The notes under the pieces were generated by a model. That model was not told where the DNA came from and did no database searches. It was given only the letters and a program-made list of their open reading frames with translations. DNA of 64,000 bases, taken from NCBI GenBank assembly GCA_951406725.2, contig OX597836.1:33542001-33606000 (forward strand), in the 5' to 3' direction. The position numbers were made by a program, and so were the translations under genes. Of the stretch, positions 1-13,147 are shown in pieces. The DNA is from Octopus vulgaris. Lineage: Eukaryota. Each line of letters starts with the position of its first letter. Positions within the stretch are counted from its first letter, which is position 1.

Positions 1-236
1 AATCGGGTTGGCATCTGGTGCAGCCTTCCAGTGTGCCAGCCCAGTCAAACTGTCCAGCCCAGTCAAACCGTCCAGCCCAGTCAAACCGTCCAGCCCAGTC
101 AAACCGTCCAGCCCAGTCAAACCGTCCAGCCCAGTCAAACCGTCCAACCCAATCAAACCGTCCAACCCAGTCAAACCGTCCAGCCCAGTCAAACCGTCCA
201 ACCCATGCCAGCATAGACAATGGACGTATGATGATG
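1..236 (+). mobile_element. RTE-type LINE 3' UTR fragment ending in (GAT)n, with internal 18-bp tandem expansion
   Basis: Ends ccaacccatgccagcat...ggacgtatgatgatg. The same tail follows RTE C-terminal coding sequence at 26490-26943 and 10172-10565. Confidence 0.7.
35..205. repeat. 18-bp minisatellite (ccagcccagtcaaaccgt), about 9 copies
   Basis: Directly visible tandem units; they produce the PVKPSS/AQSNRP/SQTVQP ORFs. Confidence 0.95.
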
Positions 237-1036
237 AAAACACTTTATAAAAGGTTCATAAGCAACCAAACCATCAGAGCTGAGCTTAGAGCGAGGCTAC
301 AAATGCGATTATAGAAGATGCTGTTTTGCAAAGACCATCACATTCATGTATGCACTCAGCTTCTCAAATTTTGATACCAAGACCACCATTTTGGACAGGT
401 GCATTTTGTTACTTGGTTATCAAAATATCAAAATATGAAGTGAACTTTCTAGAAGCTTCCATCAGGGCAATCTCAGCTGATGAGATGCATGCCTTCATAG
501 GCAAATGCATAGACATCTCATGGCACAGGAGGTGCTATAAACCCGGATTTAGCCAGTGTGGAAAACCTCTGAGTTCAGATCTCCAGTTACGTATTGATCA
601 TGCAATATACTTTAAATGCACACACATACACACCCAAAACAATAGCTTGGCAATTGAACAGTAGAGTTTACAGAGGGGCAAATTTAGAGAAGAAAAACTA
701 TGTGGAAATGGAATAGAGAATAAACAATGATATAAGGTATACGATTTTATTAGACCTCTCTCATACACACACACACACACACACAGATATATTGGGTTCA
801 AGAGAAGGCAGAAGTGGATGTTTTGAAATTATTAAAATATATAAACACATACGCTATAAATATATAGCTATAAATATATATATAAATATATACACTATAA
901 ATATAACTATAACAAACATACACACTATAAATATGGAAAGTGAGTGTATATGCATGTACACACACACACACACAAAATTTCTTTGAAATTTTTGCAAAAC
1001 AGGCTTATATATATTTAAATACATATACACACATAT

Positions 1037-1075
<39 letters not shown>

Positions 1076-1098
1076 TACTCACCCATATATATATACAT

Positions 1099-1151
<53 letters not shown>

Positions 1152-1213
1152 CACAAATATGTATGTATATATATATATACACAAATAGGTATACATACAT
1201 ATACACAAATATG

Positions 1214-1247
<34 letters not shown>

Positions 1248-1610
1248 TATATATATACACACACACATATATATATATATATTAACATGCATACATTATA
1301 AATAGAAATTATTAAAAATATAACTACACACACACACACACTATAACTGTACAGACGAAATACGTAACCCATGCCAGCATGGAAAACGGATGTTGCTGAT
1401 TTAAATATAGATTATGAGAGAGCAAACGCACAATAGAAATCAGATAAGAAAAATCTATATACACTCCATAAACATAAATATGAAAAAGGTAAACACACTG
1501 CTATATATTATTATAAAAATATACATCATAAATGCGGTGAAAAAAATCTACACCCACTATGTAACTATGAAAAATGTATACATTAAAAAAATCACAAAAA
1601 TATACACATA

Positions 1611-2006
1611 GGCATAGGAGTGGCTGTGTGGTAAATAGCTTGCTTACCAACCACATGGTCCTGGGTTCAGTCCCACTGCGTGGCACCTTGGGCAGGTGTC
1701 TTCTACTATAGCCTTGGGCCGGCCAAAGCCTTGTGAGTGGATTTGGTAGACGGAAACTGGAAAAAGCCTGTCGTATATGTATATATATATATGTGTATAT
1801 CTATGTGAGTGTATATGTTTGTCTGTGTTTGTCCCCACAATATCGCTTGACAACCGACGCTGGTGTGTTCACGTCCCCGTAACTTAGCGGTTTGGCAAAA
1901 GAGACCGATAGGATAAGTACTAGGCTTACAAAGAATAAGCTCTGGGGTCGATTTGCTCGACTAAAGGCGATGCTCCAGCATGGCCGCAGTCAAATGACTG
2001 AAACAA
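1611..2006 (+). mobile_element. tRNA-derived SINE, family S1 (CORE-like, internal TA/CA microsatellite)
   Basis: A-box-like gtggctgtgtgg, B-box-like ggttcagtccc, CORE-like accttgggca(a/g)gt, tail ...gactgaaacaa. About 20 full or partial copies in the window. Confidence 0.9.
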
Positions 2007-2162
2007 AGAAAAAGAAAAAAAGAAAAGACATAAATATATACCGTAAAAATTATATATACTGGCCATATCATATAATTTTTCTTGGTAAGAATCCTTGCTG
2101 GTCAGGCAGGCGATCAAGGTTCAATTCTTAACTGGGGAGGCTTCCTGAATTTTAATACGCAC

Positions 2163-2430
2163 AGGCACGGCTTGCTATACGATGATGTGGTTTTCAGTTC
2201 AGTCCCAGTGCATGGCAACCTGGGTGTTATCCACTATAGCCCCAGGCCAACAAATGCCTTGTGAGTGGTTTTGCTTGACGGAAACTGAAAGAAGCCTGTC
2301 AGAATTGTATTTATGTTTATATCTATGTATGTGCTTGTCCCCTACCAACATTTGACAACCAGTGATATATATATATATATGTGCTAGCGCGGAAAACGGA
2401 CGTTAAACGATGATGATGATGATGATGATG

Positions 2431-2461
<31 letters not shown>

Positions 2462-2625
2462 TATATATACGACAGGCTTCTTTTGCTTTCCATCTATCAA
2501 ATCCACTCACAAGGTTGTGGTGAGTCAAAGGCTACAGTAGAAGACACCCAAGGTGCACTGCAATGGGACTGAACCTGAAACCATCTGGTTGGGAGCAAAC
2601 TTTCTATCATACAGCCACACTTGCA
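2163..2625. mobile_element. Two degenerate partial S1 SINEs (2163-2362 plus, 2468-2625 minus) with an RTE tail between them
   Basis: Similarity to the S1 head on opposite strands; gcggaaaacggacgttaaacgatgatg at about 2388-2430. Confidence 0.7.
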
Positions 2626-2829
2626 TTTAGATATACGAGGTGGTACCCAAAAAGTAACCAGAAATGTTATCTGTGGGACAAGCCTGTTGTAATTTATGCA
2701 TCCACTGCTAGAAGCCACTTGATGAGACACTTAGGCATCAGTCTACTCTCTGGCAGCATCACACGAGGTCCTATTTCCATGAGGTGTGACTTTGCTTTGC
2801 ACTATTTGTCAATTTTTGTCACTGGTAAA

Positions 2830-3512
2830 ATGAAAAACTGTGCTTTCATGAAATTCTGTTTTCTGCTGGAGAAAACGGCAGCCGAAACAGTAGTCATGCT
2901 TCAAACAGCTGGCAAAGGTGCTGCCATGAGCAAAACACAAATTTATGAGTGGTTTTCACACTTTAGGAATGGCCACTTGCTCCTTGAAGACCAACCTTGT
3001 TCAGGGCAACTGATCTTGGAGGACCATCACTGAACAATTAATGAACTTGATATGATTGGTTGATCACAGCTTATCTCATAGCTTCATGATTTCAATGATG
3101 TGATGATTTTTTTAGAATGACATTGTAGGGTAGGTGTGAGAGGCTGGATCTGGTCAGTTTGAACATGAAACTGGTAGAATATGTGCCAGATATGCCTGGT
3201 TTGAATACTAGACGGTTTAGGCTATATTGGTGAGAAAAGACCAAAGGCAGTCAAGACTAATGTTTGTCACAAACTGAAAGAACAATTAGAAGTTGATCCG
3301 GACCTTTTTTTCGGAGGTCATCACTGGTGACAAAAACTGGTGCTACAGAATTTGCAGATGTGGAAAAGGTGAAGAAAAACATGGCGAAGGTGTTAAAGGG
3401 CATTACTTCGCAAGGGTTCCAGCACTGCTTTGAACAGTGGAAAGCGCGCCTAGACCAATGCATTGCTTCAAATGGAGAATACTTTGAAGCTGATAAAAGC
3501 GTAAACATGTAA
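2830..3512 (+). pseudogene. Mariner transposase pseudogene fragments
   Basis: N-terminal HTH-like MKFCFLLEKTAAETVVML...MSKTQIYEWFSHFRNG...EDQPCSG; first catalytic-D motif VITGDKNW near 3317-3340; C-terminus FADVEKVKK...FQHCFEQWKARLDQCIASNGEYFEAD. Interrupted by a MITE. Confidence 0.88.
3060..3218 (-). mobile_element. MITE-A fragment inserted in the mariner element
   Basis: Reverse complement matches the MITE-A body (ctctcacacctaccctacaatgtcattcta). Confidence 0.75.
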
Positions 3513-3570
3513 AACTAAGTGAATAAAATAATATTGCAAAATTCTGGTTTCCTTTGGGTACCCCCTCGTG

Positions 3571-3637
<67 letters not shown>

Positions 3638-3755
3638 ACACTCAAAGGTATTTTAAACCAATATTTACAAACAATTTTTTAATATTTGCTTCAAGATCCA
3701 CCATTCCTAGAAAGAATTATTTCATATTCTCTAGAACTTAATGAGTATATACATG

Positions 3756-3789
<34 letters not shown>

Positions 3790-4217
3790 ACAAATACACA
3801 CACACACATTCACGTATATACACATAGAAAACTGTACTTATATCTCTCATAAATGCTTATACAAAGTACACACACACACACACTTAAATCCACATAGTGA
3901 ACGCTGAATAATCTGAAAGTAATTGCCACCAAAGCTAGTAATGAAGCTACTTCTCTGCTAATTAATATATATTAATGATGACAGCCTGGCAAATATTTCA
4001 AACTTGTTTGTTTACTCAATAAAGAAAAACAAAAAATTTAATGAAATTAGCAACAGAAAATTAAAAAAAACAAAAAAAAAACTATAATAAATTAAGAATC
4101 CAGATGATGCACATTTTCCTAAATACCTTTGATTTCCTTTTCATTATTATTATTATTATTACTATTATTATTATTATCATCATCATAATCATTACCATGA
4201 TGACTGCTACAATTACT

Positions 4218-4593
4218 AAAGCAGTGAGCTGGCAAAATCGTTAGCATGCCAGACAAAGTCCTCAGCAACATTTCTTCCAGATTGATGTTGTGAGTTCAAA
4301 TTCCGCTGAGGCAGATCCAGCCTGTCATCTTTTTTGGGGATTGATAAAATAAATGACGGATGAGCACTGGGGTTGATGTAATTGACTTACCCACTCCCTG
4401 GAAAACGAGGCCTTGCACTAAATTTGGAGCCATTATTATTATTATTATTATTATTACTATTACTATTATTATTATTATTACTATTATTATTAAGGCAGCG
4501 AGCTGGTAGAATTGTTAACATGCCAGGCAAAATGCTTAGCAGCATTTTGTCTGTCTTTACGTTCTGAGTTCAAATTCCGCTGAGGTCAACTTT
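4218..4593 (+). mobile_element. Two degenerate S2 SINEs separated by (TTA)n
   Basis: gagctggca...gttagca...gagttcaaattccgctgagg heads at about 4218 and 4492. Confidence 0.75.
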
Positions 4594-4792
4594 GTAAATA
4601 AAAAAAAAGGTCAGTAAATGAAAAAAAGGTCATTCATAACCAAAGGAGGTCTTTACCCGTTCCATTTGACAGAGGTATCTGAATGCTAAAGGGTTAAGAA
4701 ATATATGGAGTCACAAAGTTTTCACCCCATATGACAAGCATTTCAGAACAACAGTTGTAAGACCAGTCTTTGATAAGAAAAGACAAACCTAC

Positions 4793-5186
4793 CCTATTGC
4801 CTCCTCTACATAAAGAATTTTTGTTAATTCGTTCTTCCTAATTTGGAAAAGACTGATGAAAGTAACCGTGAAAGATGCTCCACTGGAAAGAGACAAATAG
4901 TGGTTGATAGCTGCCGTAATAAGTGATGATGAAGATGAGAAGGGTATTGTAGACATAGAAAAATTTCACCAGGGAGAGCGGATGGTTGGGTGTTGGTGTT
5001 GGGATAACCATACAAGCAGAACCAGGAAACATTGAGAAAATACCTGACTTCCTCATAATCTCAAATGAAACTCGATTTTTTGGTAGCGATGGGTGTGCAG
5101 AAGAAAACCAAGGTGCCGTGGTGTATGAGGTAAGCACCACGAGTCTGAGAGACTTTTGCACACAAAGGCGGCAGCAGACATGAATT
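4793..5186 (-). other. Candidate spliced exon of an unidentified host transcript (probably UTR/non-coding, or a 143-bp coding exon 5044-5186)
   Basis: Non-repetitive island with a strong acceptor ttctttttttccccctccgtAG at 5187-5188 and donors CAG|GTATTT (5043) or AGG|GTAGGT (4792). No recognisable protein. Confidence 0.35.
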
Positions 5187-5238
5187 CTACGGAGGGGGAA
5201 AAAAAGAATTCACAGCAAGAAAAACAATTGAAACCACT

Positions 5239-5340
5239 TCAACAACAACAACAACAGAATGAATAACGTCAGGAATAACAACAGGGGCAGCAGTTGAAAC
5301 AATTAAAGCAGCAGCAGCACAGCAACAACAGCAACAACAA

Positions 5341-5371
<31 letters not shown>

Positions 5372-5430
5372 AACAGCAACAGCAACAACAACAAAAACTG
5401 CTGCAGCAGCAGCAGCAACAACAACAAAAA
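5239..5430. repeat. (CAA/CAG)n trinucleotide repeat
   Basis: Directly visible. Confidence 0.9.
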
Positions 5431-5520
5431 AACCTCAAAAGTAATAAGACCATCAGACACTCCTCAGAAAAACACAGATCTCACCATCAAATCCCACCCA
5501 AAGCAGACAGATGGATACCC

Positions 5521-5721
<201 letters not shown>

Positions 5722-6000
5722 AGCAAGGAGAGAGAGAGACAGGCAAATATTTACAATCAGTCTTTCCAGTATAAAAAAACATTGACACATATATCACATA
5801 GACTATAGACATATACACATGTACACACATACGTATATTCATATTACACACATGCTTCACACATTACACTCATGTAGACACATGTTCTCATACATGTATA
5901 GGCATGTGTGCGCTTATACACATACACACATAAATACATCAATATACACATACTACATGTGTATGTGTGTATACTACACACACACACACACCATGATCTA

Positions 6001-6750
6001 TCATCATCATCATCATCATCGTTTAGCGCCCGCTTTCCATGCTAGCATGGGTTGGACGGTTCAACTGGGGTCTGGGAAGCCAGAAGGCTGCACCAGGCCC
6101 AGTCTGATCTGGCAGTGTTTCTACAGCTGGATGCCCTTCCTAACGCCAACCACTCCGTGAGTGTAGTGGGTGCTTTTTATGTGCCAGACGAGGCTGGCAA
6201 ACGGCCACGATCAGTCGGTGCTTTTTACATGCCACCGGCATGAGGCCAGTCGGAGCGGCGCTGGCAATGGCCACGTACGGATGGTTATCATCATCATCAT
6301 CATCGTTTAGCGCCTGCTTTCCATGCTAGCATGGGTTGGACGGTTCAACTGGAGTCTGGGAAGCCAGAAGGCTGCACCAGGCCCAGTCTGATCTGGCAAT
6401 GTTTCTACGGCTGGATACCCTTCCTAATGCCAACCACTCCGTGAGTGTAGTGGGTGCTTTTTACGTGCCAGATGAGGGTGGCAAACGGCCACGATCAGTT
6501 GGTGGTTTTTACATGCCACCGGCACGAGGCCAGTCGGGGCGGCGCTGGCAATGGCAATGGCCACGTACGGATGGTTCTCTTACGTACCACCGGCACTGGT
6601 ATCACAGCTGCAATTTCCATGTTGATCGATTTCGATTTTTACTTGCCTCAACAGGTTTTCACAAGTAGAGTTTTGTGTCCCAAGAAGGAAAGGTATGCAT
6701 AAGTGGACTGGCTACATCCCAAGTAGAGGCCACGGGTTTTGGTCTCACTT
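6001..6750 (-). mobile_element. Two tandem RTE LINE 3' ends, (CAT)n-tailed; about 285-bp local duplication
   Basis: 6001-6287 and 6288-6575 are near-identical; the second copy extends further 5'. Confidence 0.85.
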
Positions 6751-6882
6751 GATCTATATATTTATATATACATAAATACAGATATGCTATACACACACAC
6801 ACTACTTATAACAGATGCACACTACACATCCTATACATATGCTGAATTGAGACAATAGACAGAATGCCTTGTGGTATTTATT

Positions 6883-7116
6883 AAGGGGCCGAGAGGGCAG
6901 AATCATTAGCGCGCTGGTTGAAATGCTTAGAGGTATTTCGCCTGCCGTTACGTTGTGAGTTCAAATTCCGCCGAGGTCCACTTTGCCTTTCATCCTTTCG
7001 GGGTCAATAAATTAAGTACCAGTTACGCACTGGGGGTCGATGTAATCGACTTAATACCTATGTCTGTCCTTGTTTGTCCCCTCTGTGTTTAGCCCCTTGT
7101 GGGTAATAAAGAAATA
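6883..7116 (+). mobile_element. Full-length S2 SINE (tRNA head, Meta-domain-like core) with 10-bp TSD GGTATTTATT
   Basis: TSD at 6873-6882 and 7117-7126; B-box gagttcaaattcc; core gcctttcatcctttcggggtcaataaattaagtaccag. Confidence 0.92.
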
Positions 7117-7380
7117 GGTATTTATTCTGGTTCTGGTCCCTTGTTCTCCAAATTCAAAAAGCACCTAAGATAAACTTCGCCCATCATCATTTTCTTTCCT
7201 TTTTATGTGGCGAGGGGTTGAGGGCCGACAAATAAAGTGCTAGTCCAGGGCAGTGGATTGGCAGGATGTCAGAACACCAACTTGCAATATCTGAGTTCAA
7301 TCCCACCTTCTGTCACTGGAGAGAACAAAAAAAACAAAGGAGTTCTTCAAGACCCTGCAAAAACGGTAATAGGCTTGGAA

Positions 7381-7613
7381 TAAGGCGGCGAGCTGGCAGA
7401 AACGTTAGCACGCCGGGCGAAATGCTTAGCGGTATTTCGTCTGCGTTACGTTGTGAGTTCAAATTCCGCCAAGGTCGACTTTGCCTTTCATCCTTTCGGG
7501 GTCGATAAATTAAGTACCAGTTACGCACTGGGGTCGATGTAATCGACTTAATACCTATGTCTGTCCTTGTTTGTCCCCTCTGTGTTTAGCCCCTTGTGGG
7601 TAATAAAGAAATA
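7381..7613 (+). mobile_element. Full-length S2 SINE with 16-bp TSD GGTAATAGGCTTGGAA
   Basis: Exact TSD at 7365-7380 and 7614-7629. Confidence 0.95.
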
Positions 7614-7859
7614 GGTAATAGGCTTGGAAAGTCCCTAAGCAAGAGACTGAATATTTCAGCTGATTATTCTTGATGCCAACATATCAGCCGGCAGGAAAGA
7701 ATGCAGGGAAATTTTCAAGTCGTGTGTGTACTGAACAGACAATGAACTATACACACATGTGTGCATATACGCACACATTCTATATACACAATACATTGCT
7801 AAATACACAAGCACTGCATCCCACAAAGGCACACAGAAACACCACACACACATATCATG

Positions 7860-7921
<62 letters not shown>

Positions 7922-8770
7922 TATATGTATATATATAAATGTGCATATACATACATACACACATTCTCTCACAAGAAACATGCAAATATATACAAACACA
8001 CACATTTATGGACATGACAGAGTAACCATAGCACACGTACTACAGACACACATAAACACCCACATTGTACACACACACATCATGCATGTACACACACACA
8101 CACATACATCCATACACACATCATACAGAGATAGACAGGGGACAATGTACACACATATACATACATTGATGAACATTACACAATAAGCATACGACACACA
8201 AACACTCACACATATATATATATACACACACAAACACATACAGCGACAAACATCCCCTCACCGTACGCATGTACACACACAATGTACACGGAGACAGACA
8301 GACAGACAGTGGACAATACGAAAACATGCTTGCCAAAAAAAACCTGGCGTAGTTTATCTGGCTTTGCTCAGATTTGAAATTCTATCTCTTGGCTCTATTT
8401 AATCCCCGACCACCACTGCTACTGCCACCACCACCATTGGTCCCTTAAGATGGGGACAGTAAGTTGTGTCTCTAGCTTAAATCTTTTAGCGAAGGATTTA
8501 GGCGATGGTGGTGGCGATGGTGGTGGTGATGGAGGGAGAGATGGAGAAGGAGAGACAGAGAGATGGAGGGAGTAGAGAGTTGTGAATGGAAGGTGACAGT
8601 GTGAGTGAAAGGAATGGAGTTAGAGAGAGAGGGGGAACAATGAAAGTGAAAGTAGAGAAAGAGACGGGGGGGGGGCAATGAAAGTGAAAGTAGAGAGAGA
8701 GAAAGAGTGTTTGTGTGTAATAGAAAGAGGGAGAATCAGCAATAAATAATGGGAAAGGGTGGGGAGATAG

Positions 8771-8819
<49 letters not shown>

Positions 8820-9019
8820 AAAAATGAAGTGAGAAAGGGAAAAAAAGAGTAATGGAAAAGTAGAGAGAGAGAAAAAGGGAGAGAGAGAAAGAGGGAGAGA
8901 GAAAGAGAGAGAGAGAGAGTGCATATGTGTGTGTGTGTGTGCATGCTCAGCTTTTTCAAAGTGTGTGAATGACTGGAGAGAAAGAGAGAGGTAGGGAGGC
9001 AGTGTGTGAGAGTTGCAGA

Positions 9020-9062
<43 letters not shown>

Positions 9063-9350
9063 CATCTTCCTTTAAAACAATGTATGAATGACAAGGAAAG
9101 GAAAGGAAAGAGAGAGGAGGAGGAGGAGAGAGAGGGGAGGGGGTAGAGAAAGAGAGAGATTTAGTTCCTTTTTGCAAGATTGTGTGTATGAGAGTTTCAG
9201 AGAGTACATCTGTAAATGTGTATGCTTGTTTGTATATATGTGTGTGTGTGTGTGTGTGTGTGCGCATGTCTCTAAGTCGTCTGTTTGCAAGAGTATTTTT
9301 ACAGTTCTGATTTCTAGGTTTCTATGTTTTTCTATTGATTTTGTGCCTGC

Positions 9351-9381
<31 letters not shown>

Positions 9382-9680
9382 TGAGTGTATGCATCTAGTA
9401 TATGTACCTGTATGTGTTTGCATGTGTGTGTTCATGTGTGTATGCATCTAGTATATATACCTGTATGTGTTTGCATATGTGGATGTAATCAAAAATAGAA
9501 AAAGGTAGACTCCAGAGAGAAAGAAAGAGTTGTGTGACACAACAGACTTACATCAAATGCTGTATGGTGTAATATACAATTATTCACTCCGGGTTATTAT
9601 CATTCTAGGTGAAAGTGAATAACTTACGATCTATACACAAACAGAATGTGCAGAGGGTATATCTTTTATACTCTCTCTCT

Positions 9681-9859
9681 CTCTTTTACTTGTTTCAGTC
9701 ATTTGACTGCGGCCATGCTGGAGCACCGCCTTTAATCGAGCAACTCAACCCCGGGACTTATTCTATCGGTCTCTTTTGCCGAACCGCTAAGTGATGGGGA
9801 CATAAACACACCAGCATAGGTTGTCAAGCAATGTTAGGGGGACAAACACAGACACACAA

Positions 9860-9908
<49 letters not shown>

Positions 9909-10070
9909 AACATATATACGACGGGCTTGTTTCAGTTTCCGTCTACCAAATCCACTCACAAGGCTTTGGTCGGCCCAAGGCTATAGTAGAAGACACTTGC
10001 CCAAGGTGCCACGCAGTGGGACTGAACCCAGAACCATGTGGTTGGTAAACAAGCTACTTACCACACAGCC
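9681..10070 (-). mobile_element. S1 SINE
   Basis: Reverse complement of the 1611-2006 family. Confidence 0.9.
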
Positions 10071-10171
10071 GCTACTTGTTGAAGTTGCTGGACTGCGGTC
10101 ATGCTGGGACACCATTATGAACAGTTTTAATTGAACAAAATCAATCATAGGACCTATTTTCTTTTTTCAAG

Positions 10172-10565
10172 TGCCAGACCCAGGAAGATGTGGGATAAAG
10201 TGGTGAGAAAGGATCTTCGAATCCTGGGCCTCACTGAGGAAATGACAAGGGACCTGGGAGATGTGGTGATTTGCTGTACTTGATAAGACACGTTAAGGTA
10301 AGTAGAACCACTGCTTTCCATGCATACAGGCTTGGTGCCACTTAAAGAGTATCCATGTCTGTGCTACATAAATGCACCCTTGTTGGTGGCACATAAAAAG
10401 TACCCAGCACACTGTTAGGTGGTTGGTGTTAGGCAGGGCATCCGACTGTAGGAACCGTGCCTCCACAAAGTTGGATTCTGGACAGCTCCCTGCTAGCCAG
10501 CTTCATGCCAAACCATCCAACTTGTGCCAGCATGGAAAGAGGACATTACACGATGATGATGATGA
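10172..10565 (+). mobile_element. RTE LINE 3' end with coding remnant
   Basis: Translates RPRKMWDKVVRKDLRILGLTEEMTRD (RTE C-terminal motif), followed by the 3' UTR and (GAT)n. Confidence 0.8.
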
Positions 10566-10780
10566 TAATAATAATAATAATGATACTTATTCTAATGGTC
10601 TGTTTTGCAGAACTGCTAAGTTGTGGGGGATGTAAACAAACCAGCAATGGATGAAGAGCTGTGAGGCAGACAAACAAATGCACACACAACCACAAATGTA
10701 ATTTTTTTCAAAGTCAAAACAAAGCAATCTATAAGAAATAAGTCAACTGTTTGTATTATGTATTGCAATATCCAGGGGGC

Positions 10781-10915
10781 AATCCAGCTGTAGAAACATT
10801 GCCAGATTAGACTGGAGCCTGGTGCAGCCTTCTGGCTTCCCAGAACCCCGGTCGAACCGTCCAACCCATGCTAGCATGGAGAACGGACGTTAAACGACGA
10901 TGATGATGATGATGA
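10781..10915 (+). mobile_element. 5'-truncated RTE 3' tail
   Basis: atccagctgtagaaac...ggacgttaaacgacgatgatg. Confidence 0.8.
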
Positions 10916-10975
10916 ATATGCATGAATACATGTATATGCAAAGGTATATAAGCTCACAACACCATTTCTCCAAAG

Positions 10976-11015
10976 ATTTCCTGAAGAAGGAGTCTTAACC
11001 CCAAAATATTGAAAT
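10976..11015 (+). ncRNA. Decayed minimal hammerhead-like motif in a PLE-like fragment
   Basis: ATTTC-CTGAAGA-A-GGAGT ctta ACCCC-AAAA-TATT-GAAAT. Stem I is intact; GAAA has decayed to AAAA. Confidence 0.35.
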
Positions 11016-11077
11016 ACAAAGTGAAAGTAAAAACCATCCAGTTGTATTACTTCTAATAGCTTACACTGTTTTGGCTT

Positions 11078-11385
11078 CAACCCTGTAGCATTTAAATCAA
11101 CCATATCAGGCCCAGATATTCAACCTGTTTTATGTTCAAATCAACCAGATCCAGCCCCTCATTTACTCCTTTCTCTTAGTGCTCTCCCTAAATCACAGAA
11201 TACAGAAAAAAAGTGTCAAAATACAATGCAAATCAATATTGGAAATCATCAATATGGTTTCCTTAACATCTATCAGTTCATTTGCCTGTCGTTTTTCTCT
11301 CTCTCTCTCTTTCTTTCTCTCCATTTTTCTCCTACAATGTCATTCTGAAAATAAAGAATTGCATTATTGAAATCTCAGAGTAACG
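11078..11385 (+). mobile_element. MITE-A copy interrupted by a ~170-bp inverted copy of 12729-12913
   Basis: MITE-A sequence on both sides; the insert at 11158-11331 is the reverse complement of 12729-12913. Confidence 0.8.
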
Positions 11386-12329
11386 AGATTTCGCACTAGG
11401 GGTTCAATGGAATGTTAGGTAAAAGTCCGAATATGTAACCCTGCGCTTCTCAGAGATGACAGCTATGGAATGAAATATGATGAAGAAATACGCACATGAT
11501 GAACTTCCTGTTTCCACTTACCAAATCCATTTACAAGGTCTTGTGGCTATAGTAGCAGGCACTTGCCCAAGGTGCCACACAGTGGGACTGAACCCAAGAC
11601 CACTTGGTTGGGAAGCAAGCTACTTAATCACGGAGCATGTTTGTTTGTTCATTTGTTTTTATTAGACAGCATCCCATCAACTTTCATTAAGTCTATAACA
11701 TACTACTTTAATAAGCTGACAGGATGTGACATGATACAAAAGATATTTGACTGCCATTTCTAGATCATCAGCTGACCAGATAGAGGCTGAAAAACAAACA
11801 AACAAACACGATACATTTTTTTTTTCCTTTACATGGCCACAGTAGTATTCACCCTGTATGGTTCTCTATTAACAGAGGACTGGGTAGGTGGGTGGTCAAT
11901 GATCATACAAGAACACAGGAAACCCCATGACAGATACTAGTGTTATATGCAATTAAGTCTGAACTTAAAAACCCTTCACATCACGGCTGTTGCTGCTGAG
12001 GTTTAGAGCAATGGTTCTTTTTTTTTTTTTTTTAATTTTCAGCTAGATCCTCCTCTGCTTTCTCCTGTTCCTTGCTTAGCATTAAACATAGACAAGCTGA
12101 TTGATGACAGACAGACTGATACATACCAACAGACAAATAAATAGATAATGGATAGAAGGATAGATAGATAGATAGATAGATGTGTCAGTAAGAGAAATAA
12201 TGTGTGTGTGTATGTATGTGAGTAGATAGATAAATATACAGAGGAATGAATAGATGGATAGATAGACAGAGAGAGAGATATACAAGGGATGTATGTGTGT
12301 GTGTGTGTGTGTATACATACATATAAAGA

Positions 12330-12527
12330 TAGATAGATATAGAGACAGAATAGACAGATAGGTACATAGACAAATAGTTAGCTAGCTAGCTAGATAGGTA
12401 GGTAGGTAGGTAGGTAGATAGATAGGTAGGTAGACAGATAGATAGGTAGGTAGACAGATAGGTAGATAGATATAGGTAAATAGATAGATAGACAGATAAG
12501 TAGATAGATAGATAGGTAGATAGATAA

Positions 12528-12616
<89 letters not shown>

Positions 12617-12630
12617 CAGACAGATAACTG
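12330..12630. repeat. (GATA/GGTA)n tetranucleotide array
   Basis: Directly visible. Confidence 0.95.
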
Positions 12631-13115
12631 AGCTGAGCTATTACACAAAATGAAAGAAAACAAGAACACACACACACAAATAGACTGGATTAATAACCAT
12701 AAATAAAATGTGTGACAGACAAACAATGAGAGAAAAATAGAGAGAAAGAGAGAAAGAAAGAAAGAGAGAGAGAGAAAAACGACAGGCAAATGAACTGATA
12801 GATGTTAAGGAAACCATATTGATGATTTCCAATATTGATTTGCATTGTATTTTGACACTTTTTTTCTGTATTCTGTGATTTAGGGAGAGTACTAAGAGAA
12901 AGGAGTAAATGAGAGACGGAGAGTAAGAGAAAAAGCAAGAGAGAGAGAGAGAGGGAGGGGGAGAGGGAGGTATATGAAAGAGTGAGAAAGAGAGAGAGAG
13001 GGGGTATATGAAAGAGTGAGAAAGAGAGAGAGAGGGGGTATATGAAAGAGTGAGAGAGATAGTTGGAGTGGGGGAGAAGAGGTAGGAGAGAATAATATGA
13101 AAGAGGGATAGAAAT

Positions 13116-13147
<32 letters not shown>

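Larger units (their letters stand above)
2636..3568 (+). mobile_element. Decayed Tc1/mariner (mariner-type) DNA transposon with internal deletion
   Basis: Imperfect TIRs cgaggtggtacccaaa / tttgggtaccccctcg; 5' TA flank at 2634-2635; transposase remnants inside. Confidence 0.9.

Noticed and set aside
326-664. 112-aa ORF in unique sequence
   Set aside because: Non-ATG start, no recognisable domain, and no convincing splice sites.
12017-12040. Strong plus-strand acceptor-like poly-T...ttttcag
   Set aside because: No downstream donor or coding signal before simple repeats begin; a poly-T run alone is insufficient.
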